From NCBI GenBank assembly GCA_963719495.1, contig CAVRCI010000002.1, positions 320,001 to 384,000 on the forward strand: DNA of 64,000 nucleotides, in the 5' to 3' direction. The notes beneath the pieces were generated by a model. It did not search any database. It was not told the DNA's origin and saw only the letters and a list, made by a program, of their open reading frames with translations. Source of the stretch: an uncultured Verrucomicrobiae bacterium (lineage in GTDB: Bacteria > Verrucomicrobiota > Verrucomicrobiia > Chthoniobacterales > JAATET01). The translations under genes were made by a program, and so were the position numbers. Numbering within the stretch: position 1 is the stretch's first letter; each line of letters begins with the position of its first letter. Positions 42,175 through 52,926 of the stretch are shown piece by piece.

Positions 42175-43254
42175 TTAGTTGGCGATGGTCTCCGCTGCGA
42201 GGCGGTCTTCGAGGTCGCTTGCGGCGAGGGATTCGATCATTTCGATGATGTCGCCTTCGATGAAGCGGTCGAGGCTGTAGAGGGTGAGGCCGATGCGGTG
42301 GTCGGTGACTCGGTTCTGCGCGTAGTTGTAGGTGCGGATCTTTTCTTCCCGGCCGCCGCCTCCGAGGAGGGCTTTGCGGTGGGCGGAGTATTTCTCTTCT
42401 TCGGCGCGTCGTTTGTCCTCGAGGAGGCGGGAACGCATGATTTGCAGGGCGCTGGCCTTGTTTTGGATCTGGGAACGGCCGTCCTGACAGCGGACGATCC
42501 GGCCGGTGGGGATGTGGAGGATTTGGACGGCGGAGTCGGTGGTGTTGACCCCCTGGCCGCCGGGGCCGCCGGAGCGGCAGACTTCGATGCGGAGATCGCT
42601 CATGGGGAGGACGAGGTCGACTTCCTCGGCTTCGGGGAGGACGGCGACGGTGGCGACGGAGGTGTGGATGCGGCCCTGGGTCTCGGTGGCGGGGACGCGT
42701 TGGACGCGGTGGGGGCCGGATTCGTAGCGCATGCGGCGGAAGACGGATTCGCCGGAGAGGCGGAAGACGATCTCCTTGAGGCCGCCGAGGTCGGACTCGG
42801 AGTTGTCGAGGATCTCGATCTTGAGGCCGGCGACTTCGGCGTAACGGGTGTACATGCGGTAGAGGTCGGCGGCGAAGAGGGCGGCTTCGGTGCCGCCGGT
42901 GCCGGCGCGGATCTCGACGATGGCGTCCTTGTCTTCGTCGGGCTCGGGTGGGAGGAGGGCGATGCGGAGGGCGAATTCGGTTTTCGGGAGGGAATCTTCG
43001 AGTTCGGCGATCTCGGCGCGGGCGAGCTCGACCATTTCCTGGTCGGAGCTGGAGGCGAGTTCGCGGTTCTCGGCGAGTTCACGGTTCGCTTTCTGGAAGG
43101 CTTCCCATTTGTCGAGAATGCCCTTCGAGCGCGAGTGCTCGCGGAGGATGGCCTGGGCGCGCTTGGGGTCGTCGTAGAGATCGGGCGACGAGATGGCGGC
43201 TTCGAGTTCCTCGAAGCGGGCGGCGATGCGGGCGGTGAGTGGGGCGTAGTCCAT
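42175..43254 (-). CDS. prfA: Peptide chain release factor 1
   Basis: EIRAGTGG, HRVQRVPATE, GPGGQGVNTTDSAV, RTYNY; ATG at 43254. Confidence 0.95.
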   Translation of the reverse strand: MDYAPLTARIAARFEELEAAISSPDLYDDPKRAQAILREHSRSKGILDKWEAFQKANRELAENRELASSSDQEMVELARAEIAELEDSLPKTEFALRIALLPPEPDEDKDAIVEIRAGTGGTEAALFAADLYRMYTRYAEVAGLKIEILDNSESDLGGLKEIVFRLSGESVFRRMRYESGPHRVQRVPATETQGRIHTSVATVAVLPEAEEVDLVLPMSDLRIEVCRSGGPGGQGVNTTDSAVQILHIPTGRIVRCQDGRSQIQNKASALQIMRSRLLEDKRRAEEEKYSAHRKALLGGGGREEKIRTYNYAQNRVTDHRIGLTLYSLDRFIEGDIIEMIESLAASDLEDRLAAETIAN

Positions 43255-43257
43255 GAG

Positions 43258-43373
43258 GGTCGGAAGGTCGGAAGGTCGAAGGTCGGAAGGTTGAAGGTCG
43301 AAGGTCGAAGGTCGGAAGGTCGGAAGGTCGGAAGGTCGAAGGTCGAAGGTCGAAGGTCGAAGGTCGGAAGGTC
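43258..43373. repeat. Tandem array of 15 mixed 7/8-nt units GGTCG(G)AA
   Basis: Read directly from sequence; lies between the rpmE terminator and the prfA start. Confidence 0.92.
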
Positions 43374-43393
43374 TGGATGTCTCGCGGACAAAG

Positions 43394-43432
43394 AAAAACG
43401 GTGAGTCCGCGCGGGGCGGACTCACCGTTTTT
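43394..43432. terminator. Intrinsic terminator after rpmE (bidirectional shape)
   Basis: A5-CGGTGAGTCCGC..GCGGACTCACCG-T5. Confidence 0.8.
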
Positions 43433-43454
43433 GAGAGGGGTCGAAGTTGGGTCG

Positions 43455-43682
43455 CTACGGTTTGCGCGGGGCGCGGGTGGCGCGGATGCTGCCGTAACGG
43501 CGCTGGAACTTCTCGATGCGGCCGGCGGTGTCGACGAATTTTTGCTCGCCGGTGAAAAAGGGATGGCAAGCGGCACAGATGCCGATGCTAAGGTCTTTGC
43601 TCGTCGAACGGGTGTGATAACTGGCTCCGCAGGCGCAGTTGATAACGGTGTCGGTGTAATTTGGATGGATCTCGGCCTTCAT
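43455..43682 (-). CDS. rpmE: 50S ribosomal protein L31 (Zn-binding type)
   Basis: [32 protein letters not shown]. Confidence 0.96.
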   Translation of the reverse strand: MKAEIHPNYTDTVINCACGASYHTRSTSKDLSIGICAACHPFFTGEQKFVDTAGRIEKFQRRYGSIRATRAPRKP

Positions 43683-43690
43683 AAGGAAAA

Positions 43691-45079
43691 ATGGAATTGG
43701 AGAAAGTGAAGGACGCTGGGGCCTCGCGCAAGCCGAATCTTGCCGCTCTGGAGCGGTGGGAGGCGACCTGGCGGCGGCTCGGGGACGAGGCGGCGGTCCG
43801 GTTGCCGGATGGCTCCGTGGCGCGGACGTTTGCGCAGATCGAATCGGAGGCGAACGGCGTGGCGGCGGATCTGGAGCCGTGGCCGCCGGGGGCGGTGGTG
43901 AGTCTGTGTGCGGGGAACGTGCCGGGGTGGCCGGCGCTGTTGCTGGGGATTTGGAAGGCAGGCGGGGTGGCGCTGTTGGTGGACGCGACTCTGGCGGAGG
44001 CGCAGGTGGTGGTGGCGGAACGGGATTGTGGGGCGCGGGCCCGGGTGGGGTGGCGTGGCGACGGATTCGAAGTGCGGTGCCTGGAGGGGAACGGGGCTTG
44101 GAGGCCGGGCGACGCGACGATTTTAATCAAGCTGACCTCGGGGACGACGGGGGCGGCGCGGGCGTCGGAATTCGGGCCGACGGAGGTGATGGCGGATTGC
44201 GATCAGGTCTGTGAAACGATGGGAATCACGGCGGGCGACGTGAACTACGGGGTGATCGCGTTTGCCCATTCGTATGGTTTCAGCAATCTGGTGACGCCGC
44301 TGATCCTTCGAGGGGTGCCGCTGGTGGCGGCGCTGGACTCCTTGCCGCGGGCTCTTTGGCGGGGAGTCGCCGAGAGTGGCGCGACGGTTTTGCCCGCGGT
44401 TCCGGCGATATTTCGGGCGTTGGCGGGAGTGGCGGCGGATCCCGGGCGTTTGCGGCTGTGCCTTTCGGCGGGGGCTCCGCTGCCGTCCCGAATCGCGGGG
44501 CAGTTCCGCGAGGCCCATGGGCTGAAGATTCATTCGTTCTACGGGGCGTCGGAGTGCGGGGGGATTTGCTACGACGCCTCGGAGGTCGGCGAATTGCCGG
44601 ATGGGTTCGTGGGACTCCCGATGCGTGGCGTGGAGTTGACGTGGGACGGCGAAGGGGTGGGGGGCGTGCGGGTGCGGAGCGCGGCGGTCTGCCTGGGGAT
44701 GGGCGGGGAGTTGCGGCCGGGAGATTTGCTGGAGGGGGACGAGACCTCGGGATACCGGATCGCCGGGCGGACGTCCGACGTCGTGAACGTGGGCGGGCGG
44801 AAGGTCAATCCGGCGGCGGTCGAGGCCGCGCTGGCGGATCACCCGGGGGTGCGTGAAGTGGCGGTGTTTGGGCGGGGCGACGCGGCGCGATCCGAGTCGC
44901 TGGCGGCGGTGGTCGTGGGCGAAGTGACGGGTGGGGAATTGCGGCGCTGGTGCGCGGAGCGGCTGGCGAATTGGCAGGTGCCGCGTGAGATCTTCGAGGT
45001 GAGCGCGATTCCGGTGAGTGCGCGGGGGAAGGTGAATCGGCGGGACCTGGCGAACTGGAGCCGGACGATGGAAGGTTGA
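43691..45079 (+). CDS. AMP-binding (acyl-CoA synthetase-like) enzyme; start uncertain
   Basis: [34 protein letters not shown]. Confidence 0.85.
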   Translation: MELEKVKDAGASRKPNLAALERWEATWRRLGDEAAVRLPDGSVARTFAQIESEANGVAADLEPWPPGAVVSLCAGNVPGWPALLLGIWKAGGVALLVDATLAEAQVVVAERDCGARARVGWRGDGFEVRCLEGNGAWRPGDATILIKLTSGTTGAARASEFGPTEVMADCDQVCETMGITAGDVNYGVIAFAHSYGFSNLVTPLILRGVPLVAALDSLPRALWRGVAESGATVLPAVPAIFRALAGVAADPGRLRLCLSAGAPLPSRIAGQFREAHGLKIHSFYGASECGGICYDASEVGELPDGFVGLPMRGVELTWDGEGVGGVRVRSAAVCLGMGGELRPGDLLEGDETSGYRIAGRTSDVVNVGGRKVNPAAVEAALADHPGVREVAVFGRGDAARSESLAAVVVGEVTGGELRRWCAERLANWQVPREIFEVSAIPVSARGKVNRRDLANWSRTMEG

Positions 45080-45133
45080 TCGGCTTGCCGATTTTTCGTT
45101 GTCGGAGGGTTCCGACCGCCCCTAGATAGCGGG

Positions 45134-46345
45134 ATGCGGATGAGATGGTGGGTGGGATGGCTCCTGGCGGCGGTGGTGGTTTCGTCGCCGGCGGGGGCTG
45201 CCGGGGTGGAGCCGGTGATCCGATTGAACGAGGCGTTCGTCCAGGATCTGACGAAGGCTGGGGCGGCTCCGGCCTGGGCGTCGCGGGCGTTGGCGATCTA
45301 TCATTTTTCGATGTGGAACGCGATGGCGCGGGCCGAGGGGGCCGGATTGAACGAGGCGGATCAAGTGGTCGCGGTCGCGGCGGCTGCGGCGACGGTGGGA
45401 GCGTATTTTTTCCCGGACGGAATGGCGGCCGGCGAAGCGGTGAAGTATGGCCCCGGGAGTGCGGCGGCGGTGAAAATCGGGCAGGATTGTGGCGCGGAGT
45501 TGGTGCGAAGTCGGCTGAGCGATGGGAGTGACGCGGAGGTTGATCTCCCGGGGCGCGAGGGAATCGGGGAATGGCGGCACACGCCGCCGAAATACCAGTC
45601 GGCGGAGCTGCCGCAGTGGGGCGAGGTGACGCCCTTCACGCTTCGTTCGGTCGATCCGTTCATGCCCGAGGGTCCGCCGGATTTGGTGAGTCAGGAATAC
45701 ACGGACGCGCTGAACGAAGTGCGGGCGATCGGCGGCAGGACTTCGAACCTGCGGACTCGCGAGCAAAAGGCGATCGCGTATTTCTGGTCGGATTTTCGGT
45801 TCACCGAGACACCTCCGGGCCACTGGAACGCGATCGCCCGGAGTCTGGCCGAGTCGAGTCGACTTTCGTTTGGCGACGGGGTGCGGCTCTTTGCGACGCT
45901 CAATCTGGCGATGGCCGACGCGGCGATCGTGGTCTGGCGGGCGAAGTCCAAATTTCGTTTCTGGCGACCGATCGACGCAATTCGGAACGCTTGGGAGGAT
46001 GGAAATCCGGAGACGGCGGGGGATGGGGATTGGGTCTCGTTGCTGCCTTCGCCCCCGCATCCGGAGTATCCGTCGGGGCACGCGGGATTCAGCGGGGCGG
46101 CATCGGAAGTGCTGGCGCGCTTCTTCGACGGGGATGCGCGGACCTTCTCGGTCTCCAGCGGGATGATCCCGGGTTACCGCCGGACGTATTCGTCGCTGTG
46201 GGCGTGCGCGCTGGAGGTGGCGGCGAGCCGCGTTTACTGCGGAATCCACTTTTCGTTCTCGGGCTTGGACGGCGTCGTGATGGGCCGGCGGGTCGGCGAG
46301 ACCGTGTGGCGGGCATGCGGCGAGCCACGGGCGACGGAGAAGTGA
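45134..46345 (+). CDS. Secreted vanadium haloperoxidase / PAP2 superfamily protein
   Basis: KSKFRFWRP, HPEYPSGH, SRVYCGIHF. Confidence 0.85.
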   Translation: MRMRWWVGWLLAAVVVSSPAGAAGVEPVIRLNEAFVQDLTKAGAAPAWASRALAIYHFSMWNAMARAEGAGLNEADQVVAVAAAAATVGAYFFPDGMAAGEAVKYGPGSAAAVKIGQDCGAELVRSRLSDGSDAEVDLPGREGIGEWRHTPPKYQSAELPQWGEVTPFTLRSVDPFMPEGPPDLVSQEYTDALNEVRAIGGRTSNLRTREQKAIAYFWSDFRFTETPPGHWNAIARSLAESSRLSFGDGVRLFATLNLAMADAAIVVWRAKSKFRFWRPIDAIRNAWEDGNPETAGDGDWVSLLPSPPHPEYPSGHAGFSGAASEVLARFFDGDARTFSVSSGMIPGYRRTYSSLWACALEVAASRVYCGIHFSFSGLDGVVMGRRVGETVWRACGEPRATEK

Positions 46346-46410
46346 CTCACGACCGGAGAGCGAGCGCGAAAAAAACACGCGCTGACGCGGGGAGGTGCGA
46401 ACGTTTGGCT

Positions 46411-46914
46411 ATGAAGGTGAAGTTTGTCTCGTTCAATTCGGCCGCTCGGGCGGCGTCGGTGGTTTTGGTTTCCGGGTCGTTGGTTGGTTTGTCGGCCTGC
46501 GATGGTAAGCAGGAGGATCTTGGCAAAAAGGTGGATGAGGCCGCTGAAGAAATTCAGGATGCGCGCGAGGAGATTGCCGAGGGGGAAGCGGAACTCGTCG
46601 AGGCCAAGAAAGACCTCGAGCAGGCCAAAGCCAATGCCGAAGCGGCGCTGGCCGAGCCTTCGCCGTTGCCGGACGTGGACGATGCGGAAGTCGAGGTTTC
46701 GGCTACGCCGACCGAAGATGCGGTGCCCGTTGTCGAAGCGACTCCTGAGATGACGCCGATCGCGACGCCTATGCCGACTCCGGACGTGTCGACTACGCCG
46801 GAAGCGGTGGCGACTCCCGATGCTCGTTATGGGGCCGAGGTCGAAGCGACTCCGGTTGCTGACTTCCCGCCGACTCCGGAGGCCAGCCCGGTTGGTGAGC
46901 CGTTCGAGCCTTAG
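46411..46914 (+). CDS. Hypothetical lipoprotein (coiled coil + Pro/Thr/Glu-rich tail)
   Basis: Lipobox LSAC after a hydrophobic stretch. Confidence 0.7.
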   Translation: MKVKFVSFNSAARAASVVLVSGSLVGLSACDGKQEDLGKKVDEAAEEIQDAREEIAEGEAELVEAKKDLEQAKANAEAALAEPSPLPDVDDAEVEVSATPTEDAVPVVEATPEMTPIATPMPTPDVSTTPEAVATPDARYGAEVEATPVADFPPTPEASPVGEPFEP

Positions 46915-47063
46915 GGCTGGACGCGCGGGGGATGTGTCTCGCTTCGCGAGATTGGGTTGGTTCGGCGATTGAAAATCGCCGCTCCTTGAAGCCGGGCTTT
47001 CTCGCTTCGCTCGATTTGCCTGGAGGTCGGCGGCGGGAAGCCGCCGCTCCTCGAGGTGGTTTC

Positions 47064-47804
47064 TTAGCTTTTTGACTCTGGCTGTTGGCGCGGGGTGGGC
47101 TTGGTTCGGACTGGGTTTTTGCTGAGGGCTTCGATTTCGGCTCGTTTGAGTGGGCGCCAGTGACCGGTTTTGAGTTTCGGGTCGGTTAGGGTTCCGATTC
47201 GGGTGCGGGTGAGTCGTTTGACGCGGTATTCGTCGACGGCCCACAGCATCTCGCGGATCTGACGCTTGATTCCCTGGCGGAGGACGACGGTGAGGCGGGT
47301 GGGGGCGATGACTCGGACGGACTCCATTTTCGCCCGACCACCTTCGATGAAAACGCCTTTGAGGAGTTTTGGGATGAGGGCGGCGTCGAAATTTTTGTCC
47401 AGGGCGACGTCGTATTCCTTGTCGACCTGGTGGGTCGGGTGGGTGAGTTCCTGGCTCAAATCGCCGTCGTTGGTGAGGACGATGAGACCCTCGCTTTCCT
47501 TGTCGAGGCGACCGACGTGGAAGAGGCGGCCAATGTCGTCGGGAAGGAGGTCGAAGATGTTCTTCCGCTTCAGTTCGTCGGAACGGGTGCAGACGTATCC
47601 GGCTGGTTTGTTGAGCAGGATGTAGGTGTGCGACTTCGGTCGGACGACGCGGCGGCCGACGCGAACGCTATCGGCTGGGGAAACGGTGGTCGCGAGATTG
47701 TCGACGGCGATTCCGTTGATGGAAACGCGTCCCTCGCGGATGAGCTCGTCGCAGGCGCGACGGGAACCGAGGCCGGCTGAGGCGAGGAAGCGATTCAGCC
47801 GCAT
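47064..47804 (-). CDS. rRNA pseudouridine synthase (RluB/RsuA family)
   Basis: S4-like RLNRFLA..SRR; NKPAG; VGRLDKESEGL. Confidence 0.92.
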   Translation of the reverse strand: MRLNRFLASAGLGSRRACDELIREGRVSINGIAVDNLATTVSPADSVRVGRRVVRPKSHTYILLNKPAGYVCTRSDELKRKNIFDLLPDDIGRLFHVGRLDKESEGLIVLTNDGDLSQELTHPTHQVDKEYDVALDKNFDAALIPKLLKGVFIEGGRAKMESVRVIAPTRLTVVLRQGIKRQIREMLWAVDEYRVKRLTRTRIGTLTDPKLKTGHWRPLKRAEIEALSKNPVRTKPTPRQQPESKS

Positions 47805-47824
47805 AAGGTGGGGCGCTGACCGCG

Positions 47825-47848
47825 AAAAAGCCGTCCGGGAGGACGGCT
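47825..47848 (-). terminator. Intrinsic terminator after the small basic protein gene
   Basis: Minus strand AGCCGTCC-TCCC-GGACGGC-T5. Confidence 0.65.
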
Positions 47849-47867
47849 GCCACGGTGGTGTGACGGA

Positions 47868-48023
47868 TTATTCTTCGGGTTTCGTCTTGGCGAGGCCGAT
47901 GACGCGCTGGCCGGGCTTGAATTGGCCGCGCTTCTTGAGCAGTTCGACGCGCTCGAAACGTTTGAGGACACTGCGCTTGGCCTTGATGGCTCCGCTGCCC
48001 TTTAAGCTGGGATGTTGACTCAT
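47868..48023 (-). CDS. PVC-superphylum small basic protein
   Basis: MSQHPSLK...KRSVLKRFERVELLKKRG...GLAKTK, 51 aa. Confidence 0.88.
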   Translation of the reverse strand: MSQHPSLKGSGAIKAKRSVLKRFERVELLKKRGQFKPGQRVIGLAKTKPEE

Positions 48024-48202
48024 AGAGCCGTCCAGAATGTCACGGCTGGGGGGATTTGCAATGCGAGATTTTGGGGGTGGGGTGGATTTATTTCGGGGTG
48101 GGGGTGTCTCTGCGTTGGGGGCGCTTTGGTGAGGGGAGTGACGGCTTCGCCGTTTTGGTTGGTTCGGCGATTGCAAATCGCCGCTCCTTGAAGTGCACCT
48201 GA

Positions 48203-48949
48203 TTATTTTGCCAGCTCTCTTGCCAGGTAGGCGGCTCCGATGATGCCGGCTTGGTTGAGCATTTTGGCGGGGACGATGGGGACGTCGGTCTTGGTCTCGA
48301 GGTGGGGGATGAATTTGTCGGCTTTCTTGCTGACGCCGCCGCCGATGATGAAGAGGTCGGGTGAGAAGAGGATCTCCATCTGCTCGAGAAAATCGTTGAG
48401 CTCTTTGGCCCATTTCTTCCACGAGAGGTCTTTTTCTTCCCGGACGCTTTCGGCGGCTCGTTTTTCGGCGTCCTTGCCGCGGATCTGGAGGTGGCCGAAC
48501 TCGGTGTTGGGGACGAGTTTTCCGTCGACGAAGACGGCGGAGCCGATGCCGGTGCCGAGGGTGAGGAGAATGACGATGCCGGGTTGATCGCGGCCGGCTC
48601 CGAACTGCATCTCCGCGACGCCGGCGGCGTCGGCGTCGTTGACGACGTGGGCGGCCCCGCCGATTTGCGGGGAGAAGAGGGTGGCGGCTTCGGTGCCGAT
48701 CCAGGATTCGTCGACGTTGGCGGCGGACCGGATGGTGCCGTTCTTGACGACGGCCGGGAAGGTGATGCCGGCTGGGCCCGAGTATTGGAAGTGGCTGGCG
48801 ATCTCGCCGATGACGTCGGCGACGGCTTCCGGGACGGCGGGTTGCGGGGTCGGGATGCGGAAGCGATCCGCGGCGAGCTGGCCGGTGGTCACGTCGACGG
48901 GTGCGCCTTTGATGCCCGAGCCGCCGATGTCGATGCCGAGAATGTTCAT
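48203..48949 (-). CDS. ppgK: Polyphosphate glucokinase (ROK family)
   Basis: [37 protein letters not shown]. Confidence 0.9.
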   Translation of the reverse strand: MNILGIDIGGSGIKGAPVDVTTGQLAADRFRIPTPQPAVPEAVADVIGEIASHFQYSGPAGITFPAVVKNGTIRSAANVDESWIGTEAATLFSPQIGGAAHVVNDADAAGVAEMQFGAGRDQPGIVILLTLGTGIGSAVFVDGKLVPNTEFGHLQIRGKDAEKRAAESVREEKDLSWKKWAKELNDFLEQMEILFSPDLFIIGGGVSKKADKFIPHLETKTDVPIVPAKMLNQAGIIGAAYLARELAK

Positions 48950-49008
48950 TTCAATTGGGAGGTTGGATTTTGAACTTTGGATTGGCGAGCGCGCATTCTT
49001 GCTGAGGA

Positions 49009-49860
49009 TTAGCCATTCAAACGAAAGAACGCTTCGGCGGTGGCGGTGGTGGTGCGGGCGATGGTCGCGAGATCGGTGCCGCGGAGCTCCGCGATTTTTT
49101 CGGCGACGATGCGGGTGTGGGCGGGTTCGCAGCGTTTTCCGCGGTGGGGGACGGGGGCGAGGTAGGGGCAGTCGGTCTCGACCATGTAGCCGTCGTCGGA
49201 CACGGCGGTGGCGGTGTCGCGGACGATGGGGGCGTTCTTGAAGGTGATGATGCCGGTGAAGGAGACGAGGTGGCCGAGGGCGGCGAGTTCGGCGGCCTGG
49301 TGCGGGTGGTTGCCGAAGCAGTGGAAGGCGGCGCGGAGGCGGCCGGTGTAGGGGCGGAGGATCGCGAGGGTGTCGTCCCAGGCGTCGCGCTGGTGGACGA
49401 CGACGTTGAGGCCGAGCTCGGCGGCGAGGTCGAGTTGCTGGCGGAAAACGTCGGCCTGGAGGGCGCGATAGGCTCCGTCCATGACGGCGGCGCGGGCGTC
49501 GTCGGGCCCGTCGGCTCCGAGCGCGGCGATGGCGGGGGAGGATTCGAGGGTTTCGCTGGGGAGGCGGTGGTAGTCGAGGCCGGTCTCGCCGATGGCGGCG
49601 ACTTTGGGGTGGGCGGCGAGTTCGCGGAGGGCGGGGAGGAAGTCGGCGGGTTCCTCGGCGACGTTGCCGGGGTGGATGCCGACGACGGCGTGGACCCGCG
49701 GATATTTCTCGGCGATGGCGATGGCGCGTTGGCTGCTGGCGAGGCCGGTGCCAATGGTGATGACGCGGGTGACGCCGGCTTCGGTGGCGCGGCCGAGGAT
49801 GGCGTCGAGGTCGTCGGCGAAGTCGGGGAAATCGAGGTGCGCGTGGGTGTCGATGAGCAT
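49009..49860 (-). CDS. tatD: TatD-family hydrolase
   Basis: [31 protein letters not shown]. Confidence 0.92.
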   Translation of the reverse strand: MLIDTHAHLDFPDFADDLDAILGRATEAGVTRVITIGTGLASSQRAIAIAEKYPRVHAVVGIHPGNVAEEPADFLPALRELAAHPKVAAIGETGLDYHRLPSETLESSPAIAALGADGPDDARAAVMDGAYRALQADVFRQQLDLAAELGLNVVVHQRDAWDDTLAILRPYTGRLRAAFHCFGNHPHQAAELAALGHLVSFTGIITFKNAPIVRDTATAVSDDGYMVETDCPYLAPVPHRGKRCEPAHTRIVAEKIAELRGTDLATIARTTTATAEAFFRLNG

Positions 49861-49975
49861 GGGGTCGAGGTTACCGGGATGTCGGGCGGGTGGGGAGTCC
49901 GATGTTGCGAAGGGCCGCATCGGGAGTGGTGGAAACATTCGCCCCGAGGGAATTGGCGCGGTAGTTTCTCTCGGC

Positions 49976-50371
49976 ATGGAAACGCTGCAACTATCCAAGG
50001 GCTGGGAGCCGGGAGTTTTGACCATCAAATTGGACGGTCGTCTGGACGGGAACACGTCGTCGGACTTCGGGCGCTACCTGGCGGCGGAGTTTGAAACCGG
50101 GGACAATGTGCTCGTGATCGACGCCGAGGGACTTGAATTCGTCAGCAGTGCGGGATTGCGGGAATTTGTTTTGCTGGCCAAGACGGCGGCGAAACGCGGC
50201 ACCGAGGTGGCAATCGTCGGGATGCGGCCGGGAGTGCGGGAGATTCTGGAGATCTCGGGGATGATTGCCTTGTTCAAGGTGGCTGACAGCGCGGAGGCGG
50301 CGGTCCGGATGGTCGGCGGCGGAGCCGGTGGGTTGCTGGGTCGGCTCTTCCCGGGGCGCGGTGCCAAGTGA
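49976..50371 (+). CDS. STAS-domain anti-sigma factor antagonist
   Basis: GRLDG, LEFVSSAGLR, ILEISG. Confidence 0.85.
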   Translation: METLQLSKGWEPGVLTIKLDGRLDGNTSSDFGRYLAAEFETGDNVLVIDAEGLEFVSSAGLREFVLLAKTAAKRGTEVAIVGMRPGVREILEISGMIALFKVADSAEAAVRMVGGGAGGLLGRLFPGRGAK

Positions 50372-51543
50372 ACGGTTGGCCTTCGGATTACGCGGGGATC
50401 GAGCGGAGGTCTCGGGACCTGGACTCGGAGTCGGTCGAGCGCTATCGGCGGCATACGTGGATCGGGGACCCGGCGGCGGATGCGTTGATCGCGGAACTGG
50501 CGGAATATCCCGAGGCGGTGGGGCAGGGGTGGATTCAAGCTGGGATCGAGGGTGGACCGGGAGCGGTTGGTGATGCTCCGGAGACGGTGCGGGATTTTTT
50601 CACCGACATCGAACGGGTGCCGGATTGGTTCGAGCCGGATGGGGTGCGGTCGGGTTGCCGGGCGTTTCACCGGCACTCGGAGATGTTCGTGGGAGCGTTC
50701 GTCGGGGCGGTGCTCATCGAAGGATTTTCGACCTTGATCAGCCGGAGTTTCAGCATCACCGGGCGGTTGGTGGATCAGGGGGTGCGGCGGCTGAAGCAGA
50801 ATAACCGGCATCTGATGGAGATCTTCATTCCGGGTGGGTTGGATCGGCGGTCGGATGGGTGGAAGCTGTCGGTGCGGATCCGCTTGGTTCACGCGCGGGT
50901 GCGGCACCTGCTGGCGGCTTCGGACGATTGGGACGAGGCGGCTTGGGGGGTGCCGTTGAGTGCGGCGCACGTGGCGTTCGCGACGGCGGCGTTTTCGGGT
51001 TTGCTGCTGCGACGGGTGGAGATGTTGGGGGTGCGGCTGTCGGCGGAGGAGCGGGAGTCGTTCATGATGGTCTGGCGGTATTCCGGGCATCTAATGGGGG
51101 TGGCTCCGGCGCTGGAATGCGATGGGGAGGCGGCGGCTCTGCGGCTGCACGCGGTGGGCGCGGCGTGCGAGCCGCCGCCGGGGGTGGAGTCGATCCTGTT
51201 GGCGAATGGTCTGATCAATTCGGCACCGATCGTCGCGGGGATCGAGGACCCGGCGGCGCGGCGGAAGCTGACGGCGAAGATTTATCGGATCTCGCGGGCG
51301 TTGATCGGGGATGAGCTGGCGGACGCGTTGAACTATCCGTCGGGGCGGACGACGGGGGTGTTGGCGGTGCTGCGGGCGCGGAACCGGGTGGACGGGCTGC
51401 TCCAGGCAATGTTTCCGCGGGTGGCGGGTTGGCGGCGGTCGGGGCAGTTCCAGCAGATGCTGGAGGTGTCGCACTACGGGAACGGGGGATTGGGGTATCG
51501 GATGCCGGAGCGGGTTTATGCGGAGACGGACCGGGCTTTGTGA
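50368..51543 (+). CDS. MpaB/Lcp-like (DUF2236) oxygenase family protein
   Basis: GDPAAD, VRIRLVHARVRH, WGVPLS, VWRYSGHLMGV. Confidence 0.85.
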   Translation: MNGWPSDYAGIERRSRDLDSESVERYRRHTWIGDPAADALIAELAEYPEAVGQGWIQAGIEGGPGAVGDAPETVRDFFTDIERVPDWFEPDGVRSGCRAFHRHSEMFVGAFVGAVLIEGFSTLISRSFSITGRLVDQGVRRLKQNNRHLMEIFIPGGLDRRSDGWKLSVRIRLVHARVRHLLAASDDWDEAAWGVPLSAAHVAFATAAFSGLLLRRVEMLGVRLSAEERESFMMVWRYSGHLMGVAPALECDGEAAALRLHAVGAACEPPPGVESILLANGLINSAPIVAGIEDPAARRKLTAKIYRISRALIGDELADALNYPSGRTTGVLAVLRARNRVDGLLQAMFPRVAGWRRSGQFQQMLEVSHYGNGGLGYRMPERVYAETDRAL

Positions 51544-51678
51544 CGTCGGGGGGGAAGTGTTCCGCTTCGCGGAATAGGGTTGGTTCGGCGATTGCAAATC
51601 GCCGCTCCTCGAGGGTTCGACTCTCTCGCTTTGCTCGATTTGCCGAACTTCGGCACCTGGAAGGTGCCGCTCCTTGAA

Positions 51679-52155
51679 TTAACTTTTCGCTCGTTCGAGG
51701 ATTTTCGTGGTCGAGCGGCCGGGGACGAGGGGGAGGATTTCGATTTTTGTTCCGACGTCGTGGAGGGCGGCTCGTTCGCCGGGATCGAGCGTTTCTTCGG
51801 TGTAGTCGCCGCCTTTGGCGTAGATGGCGGGGCGGATGGCGTGGATGATTTCCGTCACGCGGGGGGATTCGAAGATGGTGACGACTTCGACGGCGCGGAG
51901 AGCGGAGAGCACGCGGGCGCGGTCGGCGGCGGAATTGATGGGGCGGGTGGGGCCCTTGAGGGTGCGGACGGAGGCGTCGGAATTGATCACGACGGCGAGG
52001 GCGTCGCCGAGGGCGCGGGCGCGCTCGAGGTAGTCGACGTGACCGGCGTGCAGGAGGTCGAAGCAACCGTTGGTGAGGACAACGCGGCGTCCGGTGGCGC
52101 GGAGGTCGGCGGACCAGCGGGTGAGGGCTGCGAGATCGAGGACGCGGTTGTTCAC
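51679..52155 (-). CDS. Heptose-1-phosphate adenylyltransferase (RfaE domain II-like)
   Basis: TNGCFDLLHAGH, NSDASV, KGGDY, STT. Confidence 0.88.
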   Translation of the reverse strand: MNNRVLDLAALTRWSADLRATGRRVVLTNGCFDLLHAGHVDYLERARALGDALAVVINSDASVRTLKGPTRPINSAADRARVLSALRAVEVVTIFESPRVTEIIHAIRPAIYAKGGDYTEETLDPGERAALHDVGTKIEILPLVPGRSTTKILERAKS

Positions 52156-52248
52156 GGGACAGCTCTGAAGATTTTTTGAAACGCGCTCAAACTATTTCGC
52201 TGGATCAGCGTGGGTTGCCTTAGAAGGATGGTGAAGTTTCCCGATCCC

Positions 52249-52884
52249 ATGCGCCCCATCACCAAGCTTTTACTCCTGTTCGTCGTCGCGTTCTTCGTCT
52301 TCCTCCTTTGGCCGAGGAGTCCGTCGCTCCGGGAATTCGACCCGGCTTCGCTGGCGGCCAGGCAGGTCGAAGCGTGGCAGAAGGAGCGGGCGGGGGGATT
52401 CGGCGCGTTGGTTTCAGTCTTCAAGATCTACGCATTCGAATACGGGATGTCGCCGCTGGCGAGCTATCAGATCGCCAGCAACGAGGTCGGGGCGGTGGCG
52501 ACATTGCGCAAGTGGGTGGGCGATCCCGGCGGTGGGCTGGGGACGCGGGCCCTGCTGCCGTTGCAGGAGAAATACGTCTTGATCAAGCGTCAGACAAATT
52601 CAGAAATCGACACCGACGCGTGCGCCCGGGCTGAGATCGCGTGGCGGATGATCGAAATGGACGGAGCGAAACCGCAAGCGGTCGGGGCGTCGATGGCCGC
52701 GGAGCTCGCGGTTCTGCACGGCGGAGATCGCGCCGACTATCGCGGTGCCGCCCGGCAATTCGCCGGAGCGCGGGCCATCCTTTTCGGGGCCGAGCTGCCC
52801 GACGGATACCCGAATCGGAGGTTGGCGGCTCTGGAGATGGCGACCGACGGCTACCGCGAGTTGCAGGACGCGCTCGAACCTTAG
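52249..52884 (+). CDS. Hypothetical protein with N-terminal membrane anchor
   Basis: KLLLLFVVAFFVFLLWPRSPSLREFDP. Confidence 0.6.
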   Translation: MRPITKLLLLFVVAFFVFLLWPRSPSLREFDPASLAARQVEAWQKERAGGFGALVSVFKIYAFEYGMSPLASYQIASNEVGAVATLRKWVGDPGGGLGTRALLPLQEKYVLIKRQTNSEIDTDACARAEIAWRMIEMDGAKPQAVGASMAAELAVLHGGDRADYRGAARQFAGARAILFGAELPDGYPNRRLAALEMATDGYRELQDALEP

Positions 52885-52926
52885 ACCTTGCCCCTTTCGA
52901 AGGGGGGCGCGGGTCCGATCCGTGAG

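Noticed and set aside
43258..43373. Possible CRISPR array
   Set aside because: Units are 7-8 nt and contiguous, with no unique spacers and no cas genes
43255..43569. N-terminal extension of prfA in the ORF track
   Set aside because: Runs through the tandem repeat, the terminator and rpmE; ATG 43254 gives a normal-length RF1
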